From assembly GCA_963668695.2 (NCBI GenBank), contig CAXXLQ010000004.1, positions 2,208,001-2,272,000 on the forward strand: 64,000 nt of DNA. The letters run 5' to 3'. Below the pieces are notes generated by a model. The model was not told the DNA's origin. It saw only the letters and a list, made by a program, of their open reading frames with translations, and searched no databases. Made by a program: the position numbers and the translations under genes. This document shows, piece after piece, positions 20,127-29,310 of this stretch. Numbering within the stretch: position 1 is the first letter of the stretch; each line of letters starts with the position of its first letter. This DNA is from Vicinamibacteria bacterium. GTDB taxonomy: Bacteria; Acidobacteriota; Vicinamibacteria; Marinacidobacterales; Marinacidobacteraceae.

Positions 20127-22139
20127 TCACCCCACCGGGAGGTGTAGCGACAGGAACTCGAGAATCTTCTCCAGGAAGGCGTAGGCGGCGCCCCGATCGG
20201 TCTCCCAACGGAGGACCGCACGGCCGGCGTCACCGCGGAAATACAGCTCAACGAACGGGTAATCGCTGCGCGACCGCAACTCCTCCAGGAAATCGCTCTT
20301 GGCTGCGAGCGGGACCTCCGGTGTTTCCTCGCCGTGAAAGGACAGGAGTGGCGCCTGAACCGCGGCTCCCGCGCCGTTCAGCGACAGTCGACGGTAGTTC
20401 TCGAGGTTTCCGCGGATCGGTCCGAGTTCCCGCTCCAGGAAGGCGCGGCGCTCCGGGTCGAGTGCGCCGTATAGCGTGCGCGGGTCGGCGAACCCCAGGG
20501 CCTCTACGCCGCAGACGAAGGCATCCGGGTGACGCGCAAGCGCCGCCAGCGCCAGGAAGCCGCCGTACTCCATGCCGAAGATGCAGGCCGCATCCGGGGA
20601 AATATCCGGAAACGCCTGCGCGGCGCGGGTGGCTGCAACCAGATCTTCAAGGTCCGAGGCCCCCCAATCGCCGTCATTGAGCGCGGCGAATGCGGCGCCG
20701 CGTCCCCCCGTGCCCCGCACGTTGGGTGCGAGGACCGCATAGCCCCTCGCGGTGAGCAACTGCACGATGGGATCGAACCCGTTCCGCCACGCATCTCCCG
20801 CCTTGCCCCGAACGTGGACGAGCAGGGGCGCCGGCGCGGGCTCCGACGCCGCGGCGGGCCGGTAAAGGAACGCCCCCACGGTGACTCCCTCGTCCCGCTC
20901 GATCTCGATCCGCTCCGGCCGGGAAAAGCTCCGCACGTCGACTTCGGGAAACAGGGTGTCCGTGATCCGCTCGCGCCCCCCGGTGATGGGGAAGGACCAC
21001 ACGTCGCGGGGAAAGGCCGGCGCCTCATGAAGCGCGAAAAGTCTGCTGCCGTCGCGGCTCCAGCGGAGGCCGCGCGCGACGCCGGCGCCGCGGGTCACGA
21101 TCCGGACCCGCCCGGCCGCGCTCCAGCGTCCGTTTTCGTCGCGCTCAAGGCGCGACCGGTGGATGCGCCGGCTGCCGCGATCGGCCTCGATCCAGGCAAC
21201 TTCGAGTTCTCCGGCCGCACTTCCGGCGGGGCGGAAACGGGGTTCCGCAAGGTCGCGGTCCCCGGCAAGGAGAGGGTAGGGTGGGGCCGTGCCGTCGGCT
21301 GGCGCGAAGTACACGGCGTCGAACCCGCCGTCCGGGCATTCGGGGGTGCAGGTGGTTCCGCTTGCCCACGCGAGGCCGACGCCGTCCGGCGTCCAGTCGG
21401 GCAACCCGCGCACCAGACGGCCGCTTCCGGAAGTCACCACCACCGGCCCGGCCCCCGCTTCCACCGCCAGCACCGCCAGTTCCCGCCCGTCGCCGGAAGC
21501 GAAGCTGTAGGCGATCCGGCGTCCGTCCGACGACCAGACCGGCGGGCCCTCCTCCCCGGGATGGTTCGTGAGCCGCCGCGCGGGGCCACCGTCCACCGGC
21601 ACGAGCCAGATGTCCTGCCCCGTGTCGGGCCTGCTCTCCGGGCCGCTGCCGGGCGCCCGCCGGCCGACGAATGCGATCCGCTTCCCGGCTGGATCCACCG
21701 CCGGGGAGCGCGCCGCGAGCTCCGGCCCGGTCAGGGGCTCCGGTTCCCCCCCGAGAGCCAGCAGGAAGAGGCGGCCGGCTTCCAGTTCGTCACCGCGCGG
21801 CCGGCGTCCTGACACGAAGACGACGGACATTCCGTCACCGAGAAACCGTGGCCCCGAGTCCCAGCGCCGGCCCTCGGTGAGCGGGCCCGGGCGGGCGCCG
21901 GCGGCGGCGAGGAAGAGGGTCGAACGGTTCCGGGTGGATGCCGCGAGGACCACCCGGCGGCCGTCCGCGGACGCATCGAAGTCGAGCGCCTGCGGAAGGC
22001 CGAGGGCCGTATTGAGCGCAAGCTGCTGGTCCGGCTCGATGAGTTGCGCCTGCGGCGCCTGCCGCGCTTCCGCCGCGGCCGATCCGGCGGTGCAAAGCAG
22101 AAGGGCCGCGGCGCCGGCCCAACCCGCGGGACGCTTCAT
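20127..22139 (-). CDS. S9 (prolyl oligopeptidase / acylaminoacyl peptidase) family protein with TolB-like propeller, catalytically degenerate
   Basis: Signal peptide, P.WS.DG repeats, GYAVLAPNVRG.GGRG, WG..DLED. The nucleophile elbow reads GMEYGG. Confidence 0.85.
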   Translation of the reverse strand: MKRPAGWAGAAALLLCTAGSAAAEARQAPQAQLIEPDQQLALNTALGLPQALDFDASADGRRVVLAASTRNRSTLFLAAAGARPGPLTEGRRWDSGPRFLGDGMSVVFVSGRRPRGDELEAGRLFLLALGGEPEPLTGPELAARSPAVDPAGKRIAFVGRRAPGSGPESRPDTGQDIWLVPVDGGPARRLTNHPGEEGPPVWSSDGRRIAYSFASGDGRELAVLAVEAGAGPVVVTSGSGRLVRGLPDWTPDGVGLAWASGTTCTPECPDGGFDAVYFAPADGTAPPYPLLAGDRDLAEPRFRPAGSAAGELEVAWIEADRGSRRIHRSRLERDENGRWSAAGRVRIVTRGAGVARGLRWSRDGSRLFALHEAPAFPRDVWSFPITGGRERITDTLFPEVDVRSFSRPERIEIERDEGVTVGAFLYRPAAASEPAPAPLLVHVRGKAGDAWRNGFDPIVQLLTARGYAVLAPNVRGTGGRGAAFAALNDGDWGASDLEDLVAATRAAQAFPDISPDAACIFGMEYGGFLALAALARHPDAFVCGVEALGFADPRTLYGALDPERRAFLERELGPIRGNLENYRRLSLNGAGAAVQAPLLSFHGEETPEVPLAAKSDFLEELRSRSDYPFVELYFRGDAGRAVLRWETDRGAAYAFLEKILEFLSLHLPVG

Positions 22140-22179
22140 TCCGGAAGCGTAGTCTCCCGTCCGCATGGCCCCCGGCCCG

Positions 22180-23195
22180 GCAGCCTGTGGTGGAACGCCA
22201 CGCGGCCCAGTTCTCCCGGTGGGGGCTCGGCCGGCGATCCATCCCGGCCAACAGTCGGTGATGAAACCCACGCGGCCCAGTCTCCCGGTGGGGGCTCGGC
22301 CGGCGATTCATCCCGGCCAAACAACCGGTGGTTCTCCCGGTGGGGGCTCGGCCGGCGATTCATCCCGGCCAAACAACCGGTGGTGGAACCCACGCGGCCC
22401 AGTTCTCCCGGTGGGGGCTCGGCCGGCGATCCATCCCGGCCAAACAACCGGTGGTGGAACCCACGCGGCCCAGTTCTCCCGGTGGGGGCTCGGCCGGCGA
22501 TCCATCCCGGCCAAACAACCGGTGGTGGAACCCACGCGGCCCAGTTCTCCCGGTGGGGGCTCGGCCGGCGATCCATCCCGGCTGAACCGCGTCGCTGCGC
22601 GCCGCTCATCGTTGCGTTTCGGTCGAAATACACGCGGTATTCCTCCCTCACGCGCCTTGTCAGCCGGGCGCCTCCCCGGCCTCGGCGCTCACGCGGGTTC
22701 CACCACCGGCTGTTCACCGCGTCGCTGCGCGCCGCTCGTCGTTGCGTTTCGGTCGAAATACACCCGGGCCAGTTCTCCCGGTGGGGGCTCCTCCCTCACG
22801 CGCCTTGTCAGCCGGACCCCCACCGGGAGAACTGCGCCTCCCCGGCCTCGGCGCTCACGCGGGTTCCACCACCGGCTGTTCACCGCGTCGCTGCGCGCCG
22901 CTCGTCGTTGCGTTTCGGTCGAAATACACCCGGGCCAGTTCTCCCGGTGGGGGCTCCTCCCTCACGCGCCTTGTCAGCCGGACCCCCACCGGGAGAACTG
23001 GGCCTCCCCGGCCTCGGCGCTCACGCGGGTTCCACCACCGGCTGTTCACCGCGTCGCCGCGCGCCGCTCGTCGTTGCGTTTCGGTCGAAATACACCCGGG
23101 CCAGTTCTCCCGGTGGGGGCTCCTCCCTCACGCGCCTTGTCAGCCGGGCGCCTCCCCGGCCTCGGCGCTCACGCGGGTTCCACCACAGGTTGCTA
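22180..23195. mobile_element. Family B MITE expanded by tandem 71-bp and 166-bp repeats
   Basis: Ends GCAGCCTGTGGTGG and CCACCACAGGTTGCTA; 71-bp units at 22370, 22441 and 22512 (plus degenerate ones); 166-bp period from ~22689. Confidence 0.85.
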
Positions 23196-23247
23196 GACGG
23201 AATCGGGCGCGATAATGCGGGAAGTCCGCCGCACGAACCACCGTTTC

Positions 23248-24888
23248 ATGAGTCCTTCCCATCCGCCCATCCGCTTCGAGTCCCATCCGTCGCGCTACCG
23301 GCACTGGAGTCTCGAGACCGAGGGCAACATCGGCTGGCTGACGCTTCAGGTGGACGAGGCCGGCGGCATCCGGCCCGGGTACTCGCTCAAGCTCAACAGC
23401 TACGACCTGGGGGTGGACATCGAACTCGCGGACGCCGTGGAACGGCTGCGGTTCGAGCACCCGGAAGTCGGGGCGGTGGTGATCCGGAGCGGGCTCGACC
23501 GGGTGTTCTCCTCGGGGGCCAACATCTTCATGCTGGCCGGCTCTTCCCACGGATTCAAGGTGAACTTCTGCAAGTTCACGAACGAAACCCGACTCGCCAT
23601 CGAGGACGCGAGCCGGGGGAGCGGCCAGAAATACCTGGCCGCGCTTTCCGGCACCACCGCCGGGGGCGGCTACGAACTCGCGCTGGCCTGCGACGAGATC
23701 CTCCTCGCGGACGATGGCAGTTCGGCCGTCTCGCTGCCGGAGGTGCCACTGCTCGGAGTGCTCCCGGGAACCGGCGGGCTGACCCGGATCCTCGACAAAC
23801 GCGGGGTGCGGCGGGACCGCGCCGACGTGTTCGCCACCCTCGCCGAGGGGATCCGGGGCCGCCGCGCGTTGGAATGGGGTCTGGTGGACGGCCTCGCGCC
23901 GCGGAGCCGCTTCGACGAGCGGATTCGCGAGCGGGCGGCGGCGCTGGTCCCGTCGTGGGGCCGGGCGAAGCGAGGAGTGGTTCTGGAACCCCTCGAGCCC
24001 GAGGAGGGACCCGACTCCATCCGCTATCGCCATTTGGAACTCCGCCTCGACCGCGGCGCCCGGACCGCCACCCTGACCGTGCACGCCCCGGAGGACCCGT
24101 TCCCCGAGGACCGGGCGGCACTCGAGGCGGCCGGATCCTCGCTCTGGCACCTGCGGATGGCGCGGGAACTCGACGACGCGCTTTGCCGACTGCGTTTCAA
24201 CGAGCCGGAACTCGGCGTGATCCTTCTCCGGGTCGCGGGCGACCCCGACGCCGTTCGAGAGGCGGACAAACGGCTCGAAGGGTTCGGCGCGGGGGGGCTC
24301 GCCGGGGAGACCCGCTTGCGGGTGGGGCGGGCGCTCCGCCGGCTCGACCAGACCGCCCGGAGCTTCTTCGCGGTGGGGGAGCCCGGCGAAAGGTTCGTCG
24401 GAACCCTCGCGGAACTCGCGTTCGCCGCCGACCGCTCCTACCTCTGCGACGATCCGGACCGTCCCGCGGGGATCGAGGTCACCGCGCTGAACCTCGGCGC
24501 CTATCCAATGGGAAACGGCCTCTCGCGGCTTGAGACCCGGTTCTACGGAAAGTCCGATTGGGTCGAAAGTCTCCGGTGGCACGGTCCGGTCAGCGCTGCC
24601 GAGGCCGAGAAACTCGGCCTCGCCACCTTCGCCCCCGACGATCTCGACTGGGAGGACGAACTGCGGGTGGCCATCGAAGAGCGCGCCCGCTTCTCTCCGG
24701 ACGCGCTCACCGGGATGGAGGCGTCGCTCCGCTTTGCCGGCCCGGAAACCATGGAGACCCGGATCTTCGGACGCCTTTCGGCCTGGCAGAACTGGATCTT
24801 CCAGCGGCCGAACGCCATGGGCGAGCGCGGTGCGCTGACCATGTACGGGCGGCCCGAACGGGCCTCCTTCGACTGGGAACGAACGTGA
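23248..24888 (+). CDS. boxC: 2,3-epoxybenzoyl-CoA dihydrolase
   Basis: GYSLKLNSYDLGVDIELADA, KVNFCKFTNETR, LPEVPLLGVLPGTGG, IFGRLSAWQNWIFQRPNA. Confidence 0.95.
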   Translation: MSPSHPPIRFESHPSRYRHWSLETEGNIGWLTLQVDEAGGIRPGYSLKLNSYDLGVDIELADAVERLRFEHPEVGAVVIRSGLDRVFSSGANIFMLAGSSHGFKVNFCKFTNETRLAIEDASRGSGQKYLAALSGTTAGGGYELALACDEILLADDGSSAVSLPEVPLLGVLPGTGGLTRILDKRGVRRDRADVFATLAEGIRGRRALEWGLVDGLAPRSRFDERIRERAAALVPSWGRAKRGVVLEPLEPEEGPDSIRYRHLELRLDRGARTATLTVHAPEDPFPEDRAALEAAGSSLWHLRMARELDDALCRLRFNEPELGVILLRVAGDPDAVREADKRLEGFGAGGLAGETRLRVGRALRRLDQTARSFFAVGEPGERFVGTLAELAFAADRSYLCDDPDRPAGIEVTALNLGAYPMGNGLSRLETRFYGKSDWVESLRWHGPVSAAEAEKLGLATFAPDDLDWEDELRVAIEERARFSPDALTGMEASLRFAGPETMETRIFGRLSAWQNWIFQRPNAMGERGALTMYGRPERASFDWERT

Positions 24889-24891
24889 TCC

Positions 24892-26298
24892 ATGTCCGAA
24901 CTTGACTCCCGCATTCCGAACAACGTGGCTCTGTCCCACGACCCGCGCCTGCAGCGGGCGCTATTGCGGTGGCAACCCGCCTTCCTTAACTGGTGGAAGG
25001 AGATGGGGCCGGAGGGCTTTCAGGGAGACGACGTGTTGCTGCGGACCGCGGTTTCGGTGGAACCGTCGGGCTGGTCGCACTTCGACTACGTGCGGATGCC
25101 GGACTACCGCTGGGGCATCTTCCTCGCCCCGCCGGAGGAGGATCGCCGGATCGGGTTCGGCGACCTCGCCGGCCGGCCCGTGTGGCAGGAGGTTCCCGGC
25201 GAGTTCCGGACCGACCTCCGCCGCTTGATCGTCACTCAGGGAGACACCGAGCCGGCGAGCGTCGAGCAGCAGCGCCAACTGGGGAAGACCGCCCCGAGCC
25301 TCTACGACCTCCGGAACCTTTTCCAGGTGAACGTGGAGGAAGGGCGACACCTGTGGGCGATGGTGTACCTGCTGCACTCGTACTTCGGCCGCGACGGCCG
25401 GGAGGAGGCGGACGCCCTGCTGGAACGGTCGAGCGGCGACGCCGACCGGCCGCGGATCCTGCAGGCGTTCAACGAACCGTGCGACGACTGGCTGAACTTC
25501 TATCTGTTCACCATGTTCACCGACCGGGACGGCAAGTACCAGCTCCTCGCGCTCGCCGAGAGCGCCTTCGATCCCCTGTCGCGCACCACCCGCTTCATGC
25601 TCACCGAAGAGGCGTTCCACATGTCGGTGGGGGAGACCGGAGTGGGACGCATCGTGGAGCGCACCGCCGAGGTGATGGCGGCCGGCCACGACGATCCCCA
25701 AGAAGCCGGGGTCTTCGATCTGCCCCTCATCCAGCGCCACATCAACTTCTGGTTCAGCGCTTCGCTCGATCTCTTCGGCGGGGAGGTTTCCTCGAACGCC
25801 GCCCACTACTTCGCGAACGGCCTGAAGGGACGGGCGCGGGAGTCCAGCCGAAAGGACCACACCGCGCTCGACGGGGTGTATCGGATGTCCCTGCTCGAGG
25901 ACGGGGAGCTTCGCGAGCGCGAGGTCCCGCTCCGAAACGCCATGAACGAGGTGCTCCGCGACGACTACGTTCGGGACTGCGAACGCGGTTTGGCGCGCTG
26001 GAACAAGATCCTGGAGAAGGCGGGGCTCGGGGAGCGGCTGAGCCTGCCGAGCCGCCGGTTCCACCGGCAGATCGGCGCCTACTCCGGCCACCGATTCGAC
26101 CCCGCCGGCGACCTGATCGACGAGGAGGTCTGGCAGCGGGAATGCGACCGCTGGCTGCCGACCGCGGACGACCGGGAGTACGTGAAGCGGCTCATGGTTC
26201 CGGTGTACGAGCCGGGGAAGATGGCGTACTGGATCGCTCCGCCGAGGAGCGGGGTGGACGGCAAGCCGATCGGCTACGAATACGTCCGGCGTTCCTGA
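24892..26298 (+). CDS. boxB: Benzoyl-CoA 2,3-epoxidase subunit B (di-iron)
   Basis: QGDTEPASVEQQ, VNVEEGRHLWAM, FTDRDGKYQL, TEEAFHM. Confidence 0.96.
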   Translation: MSELDSRIPNNVALSHDPRLQRALLRWQPAFLNWWKEMGPEGFQGDDVLLRTAVSVEPSGWSHFDYVRMPDYRWGIFLAPPEEDRRIGFGDLAGRPVWQEVPGEFRTDLRRLIVTQGDTEPASVEQQRQLGKTAPSLYDLRNLFQVNVEEGRHLWAMVYLLHSYFGRDGREEADALLERSSGDADRPRILQAFNEPCDDWLNFYLFTMFTDRDGKYQLLALAESAFDPLSRTTRFMLTEEAFHMSVGETGVGRIVERTAEVMAAGHDDPQEAGVFDLPLIQRHINFWFSASLDLFGGEVSSNAAHYFANGLKGRARESSRKDHTALDGVYRMSLLEDGELREREVPLRNAMNEVLRDDYVRDCERGLARWNKILEKAGLGERLSLPSRRFHRQIGAYSGHRFDPAGDLIDEEVWQRECDRWLPTADDREYVKRLMVPVYEPGKMAYWIAPPRSGVDGKPIGYEYVRRS

Positions 26299-26305
26299 AC
26301 GCCGT

Positions 26306-27484
26306 ATGCCAATGGAGATCGTCCTCGCCGGAGCCCGGCGCACCCCGATCGGCCGGTTCGGAGGCTCCCTCGCTTCGCTGAGCGCGCCGGAGCTGGGAGC
26401 GGCCGCGGCCCGCAGCGCTCTCGAAGCCGCCGGCGTCCCCGCCGAGGCGGTGGACGAGGTCATCTTCGGCAACGCCCGGCAGGCCGGGGTCGGTCCGAAT
26501 CCCGCCCGTCAGGTCGGGCGGCGGGCCGGTCTCGCGGACCGGGTGCCGGCCCGGACCGTGAACCAGGCGTGCGCCTCGGGACTCCGGGCGATTCTGGACG
26601 CCGCCGCTTCCGTTCGGCTGGGAGACGCCGGGGTGGTCCTCGCCGGGGGCACCGAGAGCATGAGCAACACCCCTTTCCTGCTTCCGTCGGTCCGCTGGGG
26701 GCAACGGTTCGGCGACGGCTCGCTCGACGACGGGATGTACCGCGACGGTTTTCATTGCCCGCTCGCGGATCAGCTCATGGGCGAGACCGCGGAAACGCTG
26801 GCCGACCAGTACGGCCTCTCCCGCGACGAATGCGACCGCTATGCGGCGGCCAGCCAGAACCGCGCCGAGGCGGCGCGCTCGACGGGGCGCTTCGACGCCG
26901 AGATCGCTCCGGTTCGGATCGAGACCCGCCGGGGTGAGGGAGAGGTCGGCAGCGACGAGCACCCCCGCGACGGCGTGACGCCGGAGTCACTGGCGAAACT
27001 CCGGCCCGTGTTCCGGAAGGACGGGGTGGTCCACGCCGGGAACTCCTCGGGCATTACCGACGGCGCCGCGGCGGTGGTCGTGCTTTCCGCGGACCGGGCG
27101 GCCGAGCTTGGGGTTCGGCCGATGGCGCGCCTGGTGGGGTACGCGACCGCGGGCGTGGACCCCCGGGTGATGGGCATCGGACCGGTTCCGGCGGTACGCG
27201 ACCTCCTGGCCCGCACCGGGGAGAGTCTGGACAACGTGGCGCTCGTGGAGTTGAACGAGGCGTTCGCTCCCCAGGTCCTCGCTTGCGCCCGGGATCTGGA
27301 CCTCGATCCCGAGCGGCTGAACGTGAACGGCGGCGCCATCGCCCTCGGCCATCCCATCGGCGCCACCGGGGCGCGGATCGTCGTCACGCTGCTGCACGAG
27401 ATGGAGCGGCGCGATGTGCGGTACGGCATTGCCACGCTATGCGTCAGCGGCGGCATGGGTGTGGCGGCGCTGCTGGAGCGTTGA
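26306..27484 (+). CDS. Acetyl-CoA C-acyltransferase (thiolase)
   Basis: NQACASG, ELNEAFA, NGGAIALGHPIGATG, LCVSGGMG. Confidence 0.95.
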   Translation: MPMEIVLAGARRTPIGRFGGSLASLSAPELGAAAARSALEAAGVPAEAVDEVIFGNARQAGVGPNPARQVGRRAGLADRVPARTVNQACASGLRAILDAAASVRLGDAGVVLAGGTESMSNTPFLLPSVRWGQRFGDGSLDDGMYRDGFHCPLADQLMGETAETLADQYGLSRDECDRYAAASQNRAEAARSTGRFDAEIAPVRIETRRGEGEVGSDEHPRDGVTPESLAKLRPVFRKDGVVHAGNSSGITDGAAAVVVLSADRAAELGVRPMARLVGYATAGVDPRVMGIGPVPAVRDLLARTGESLDNVALVELNEAFAPQVLACARDLDLDPERLNVNGGAIALGHPIGATGARIVVTLLHEMERRDVRYGIATLCVSGGMGVAALLER

Positions 27485-27930
27485 GCGGTTCGGAAGGGGG
27501 GCTCTCCAGCATGGTGACAATGGAAGGTGAGCCGGGGAACCGGTGAGCCCCCCTTCCGAACCGCCCGGCGCTTCGCGCCGCGCCGACCCATCGAGCGGTC
27601 CGGAAGCGGGAGCACATCTCTGACCCCGTTCGGGTTGTCGAGCGAGAGCGAGTTGAGCCCCCGCTCCCGAACCGCCCGGCGCTTCGCACCGCGTTTCCGA
27701 AGTGCGGCGAGAGCCGCACGGAGACCCCGGAGCTGGAGGGCTGGGGTCGGGGGACCCGACTCCCAGCCCCTCCTGGCTCGGGAATCGAAACTCCCTTGCG
27801 CGCCTGCGGCGCGCGACGGCGAGTTCCGATTCGTCGTTACCGATTATGAAAGGGGGGAATCCCCCCTTTCACACTTTCCCCCGAATACGCGGGCAGCGAA
27901 CAGAGTTCGCTGCCATGAGTTTTTGCTCGC
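27482..27930 (+). repeat. Family A repeat with two tandem variable-loop hairpins
   Basis: Hairpins at 27485-27564 (80 nt) and 27595-27675 (81 nt) with different loops, then the full module series. Confidence 0.85.
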
Positions 27931-27948
27931 TTGGTGGTGCGTCTACAC

Positions 27949-28204
27949 GGGAACGCCGGTGTTCACACCGGCACCGGGAGAACTGGCCAGCATCGCGGCC
28001 GAAGGCCGCGAGACTCCCGCCGCCACGCTCGCCGATTAACCCGGCCGATGCGGGGACGGCGAAACGCCGTGCGGACGCGTGGGTGGCGTTGGGCCATCCT
28101 CGTTGCCTGCTGCGCCATGCGGGGATTGGCGACGGGAGTTTCGCTCCCCTGCGGGGAGTGATGCTGGCCAGTTCTCCCGGTGGGGGCCTGAAGACCGGCG
28201 CTCC
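27949..28204. repeat. Family C REP doublet (REPIN-like)
   Basis: GGAACGCCGGTGTTCACACCGGCA...TGAAGACCGGCGCTCC; interior closely matches 50939-51156. Confidence 0.8.
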
Positions 28205-28210
28205 TGGGCC

Positions 28211-29269
28211 TTATCTCCTGAAGTAGTCCACCTGCCACTGGCGGACCGCGCGGTTGTGCTCCCGGAGGGAGCGGCTGAACACGTGGGTTCCGTCGTTTCT
28301 GGAGACGAAATAGAGAAAGTCGGTTTCGGCGGGTTCCAGCACCGCGTCGAGCGCCGCTATCCCGAACGAAGCGATGGGTCCGGGGGGGATTCCGCTGACC
28401 CGGTAGGTGTTGTACGGCGAATCGATGTCCAGATCGCGCCTCCTGATGTTGTTCCCGGTATCACCCGCCCGCCGCATCGCGAAGAGCACGGTGGGGTCGG
28501 ACTGAAGAGGCATCCCGCGCTCGAGCCGGTTCCAGAAGACCGAGGCGATCGTGACGTGCTCGCCGGCGCTTCCGGTCTCCTTTTCGACGATGGAGGCCAG
28601 GGTGGCGATTTCGCGCAGGGAGCGGCCGCGCTCCTCTGCCCGGCGGCGCCGCCGGGCCGTCCAGAGCGCCCGGAACTGGCCGACCAGTACCGCGGCGACC
28701 TGTTCCGGATCGGCCTCCGGGGGTAGCCGGTAGGTGCTGGGAAAGAGGTATCCCTCGAGGTCTTCCGCTTCGGGGTCGAGGTCACCGATGAGATGTCGGG
28801 CGGCCTCCGGGTCCGAAAAGACGGCCAGGAGCGCGTCCGGATCCCCGGCTCCCCGCTCGGCGAGCAGGGTCGCGGTGGTTTGCTTGTCGAGACCCTCGGG
28901 GACCGTGACCGGCAGGGTCGCGACCTCTCCCTCCACGATCCGGCCGATCACTTCGGCGGGTGAAAGAGGACCCTCGAAGCGATAAAGACCCGCCTGCAGG
29001 CGACTGCCCAGTTCCGCCCTCGTGACTCCCCAGAGGAAGAGCTCTCGGTCGGCGACGATCCCCGAGGCCTCCAGGCGGTTTGCGATGGACTCCGCGGTTG
29101 AGCCCCGCCCCACCCGGAAGAGCACCGCGCCCCGGTGCGCGGCATAGGGGCGGTGAAGCGCCTCTTCCAGCGGTCCCAGGTGGAAACTCTGGTACGCCAA
29201 CAGTCCGGCGGCCGCGACTCCGCCGCTTGCCGTCAAGACGAGCGCGAACCGCCAAACGCGGCGGGACAT
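28211..29269 (-). CDS. mltG: Endolytic transglycosylase MltG (YceG)
   Basis: LEGYLFPSTY, LASIVEKET, LQSDPTV, SPYNTY..G.PPGPI, YFVS.NDGTH.FS. Confidence 0.95.
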   Translation of the reverse strand: MSRRVWRFALVLTASGGVAAAGLLAYQSFHLGPLEEALHRPYAAHRGAVLFRVGRGSTAESIANRLEASGIVADRELFLWGVTRAELGSRLQAGLYRFEGPLSPAEVIGRIVEGEVATLPVTVPEGLDKQTTATLLAERGAGDPDALLAVFSDPEAARHLIGDLDPEAEDLEGYLFPSTYRLPPEADPEQVAAVLVGQFRALWTARRRRRAEERGRSLREIATLASIVEKETGSAGEHVTIASVFWNRLERGMPLQSDPTVLFAMRRAGDTGNNIRRRDLDIDSPYNTYRVSGIPPGPIASFGIAALDAVLEPAETDFLYFVSRNDGTHVFSRSLREHNRAVRQWQVDYFRR

Positions 29270-29310
29270 TGATCTTCCCCCGGGGTCTTCCCCCGGGCCG
29301 CTCCGGCGTC

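Noticed and set aside
22180-23195. CRISPR array
   Set aside because: Units are tandem near-identical 71-bp and 166-bp repeats with no unique spacers; they are pieces of the family B MITE, and no cas genes are present.
22044-24533. Repetitive 829-aa and 343-aa ORFs and similar ORFs at 15046-15714 and 36572-38275
   Set aside because: Translations of non-coding repeats, open because of stop-codon scarcity.
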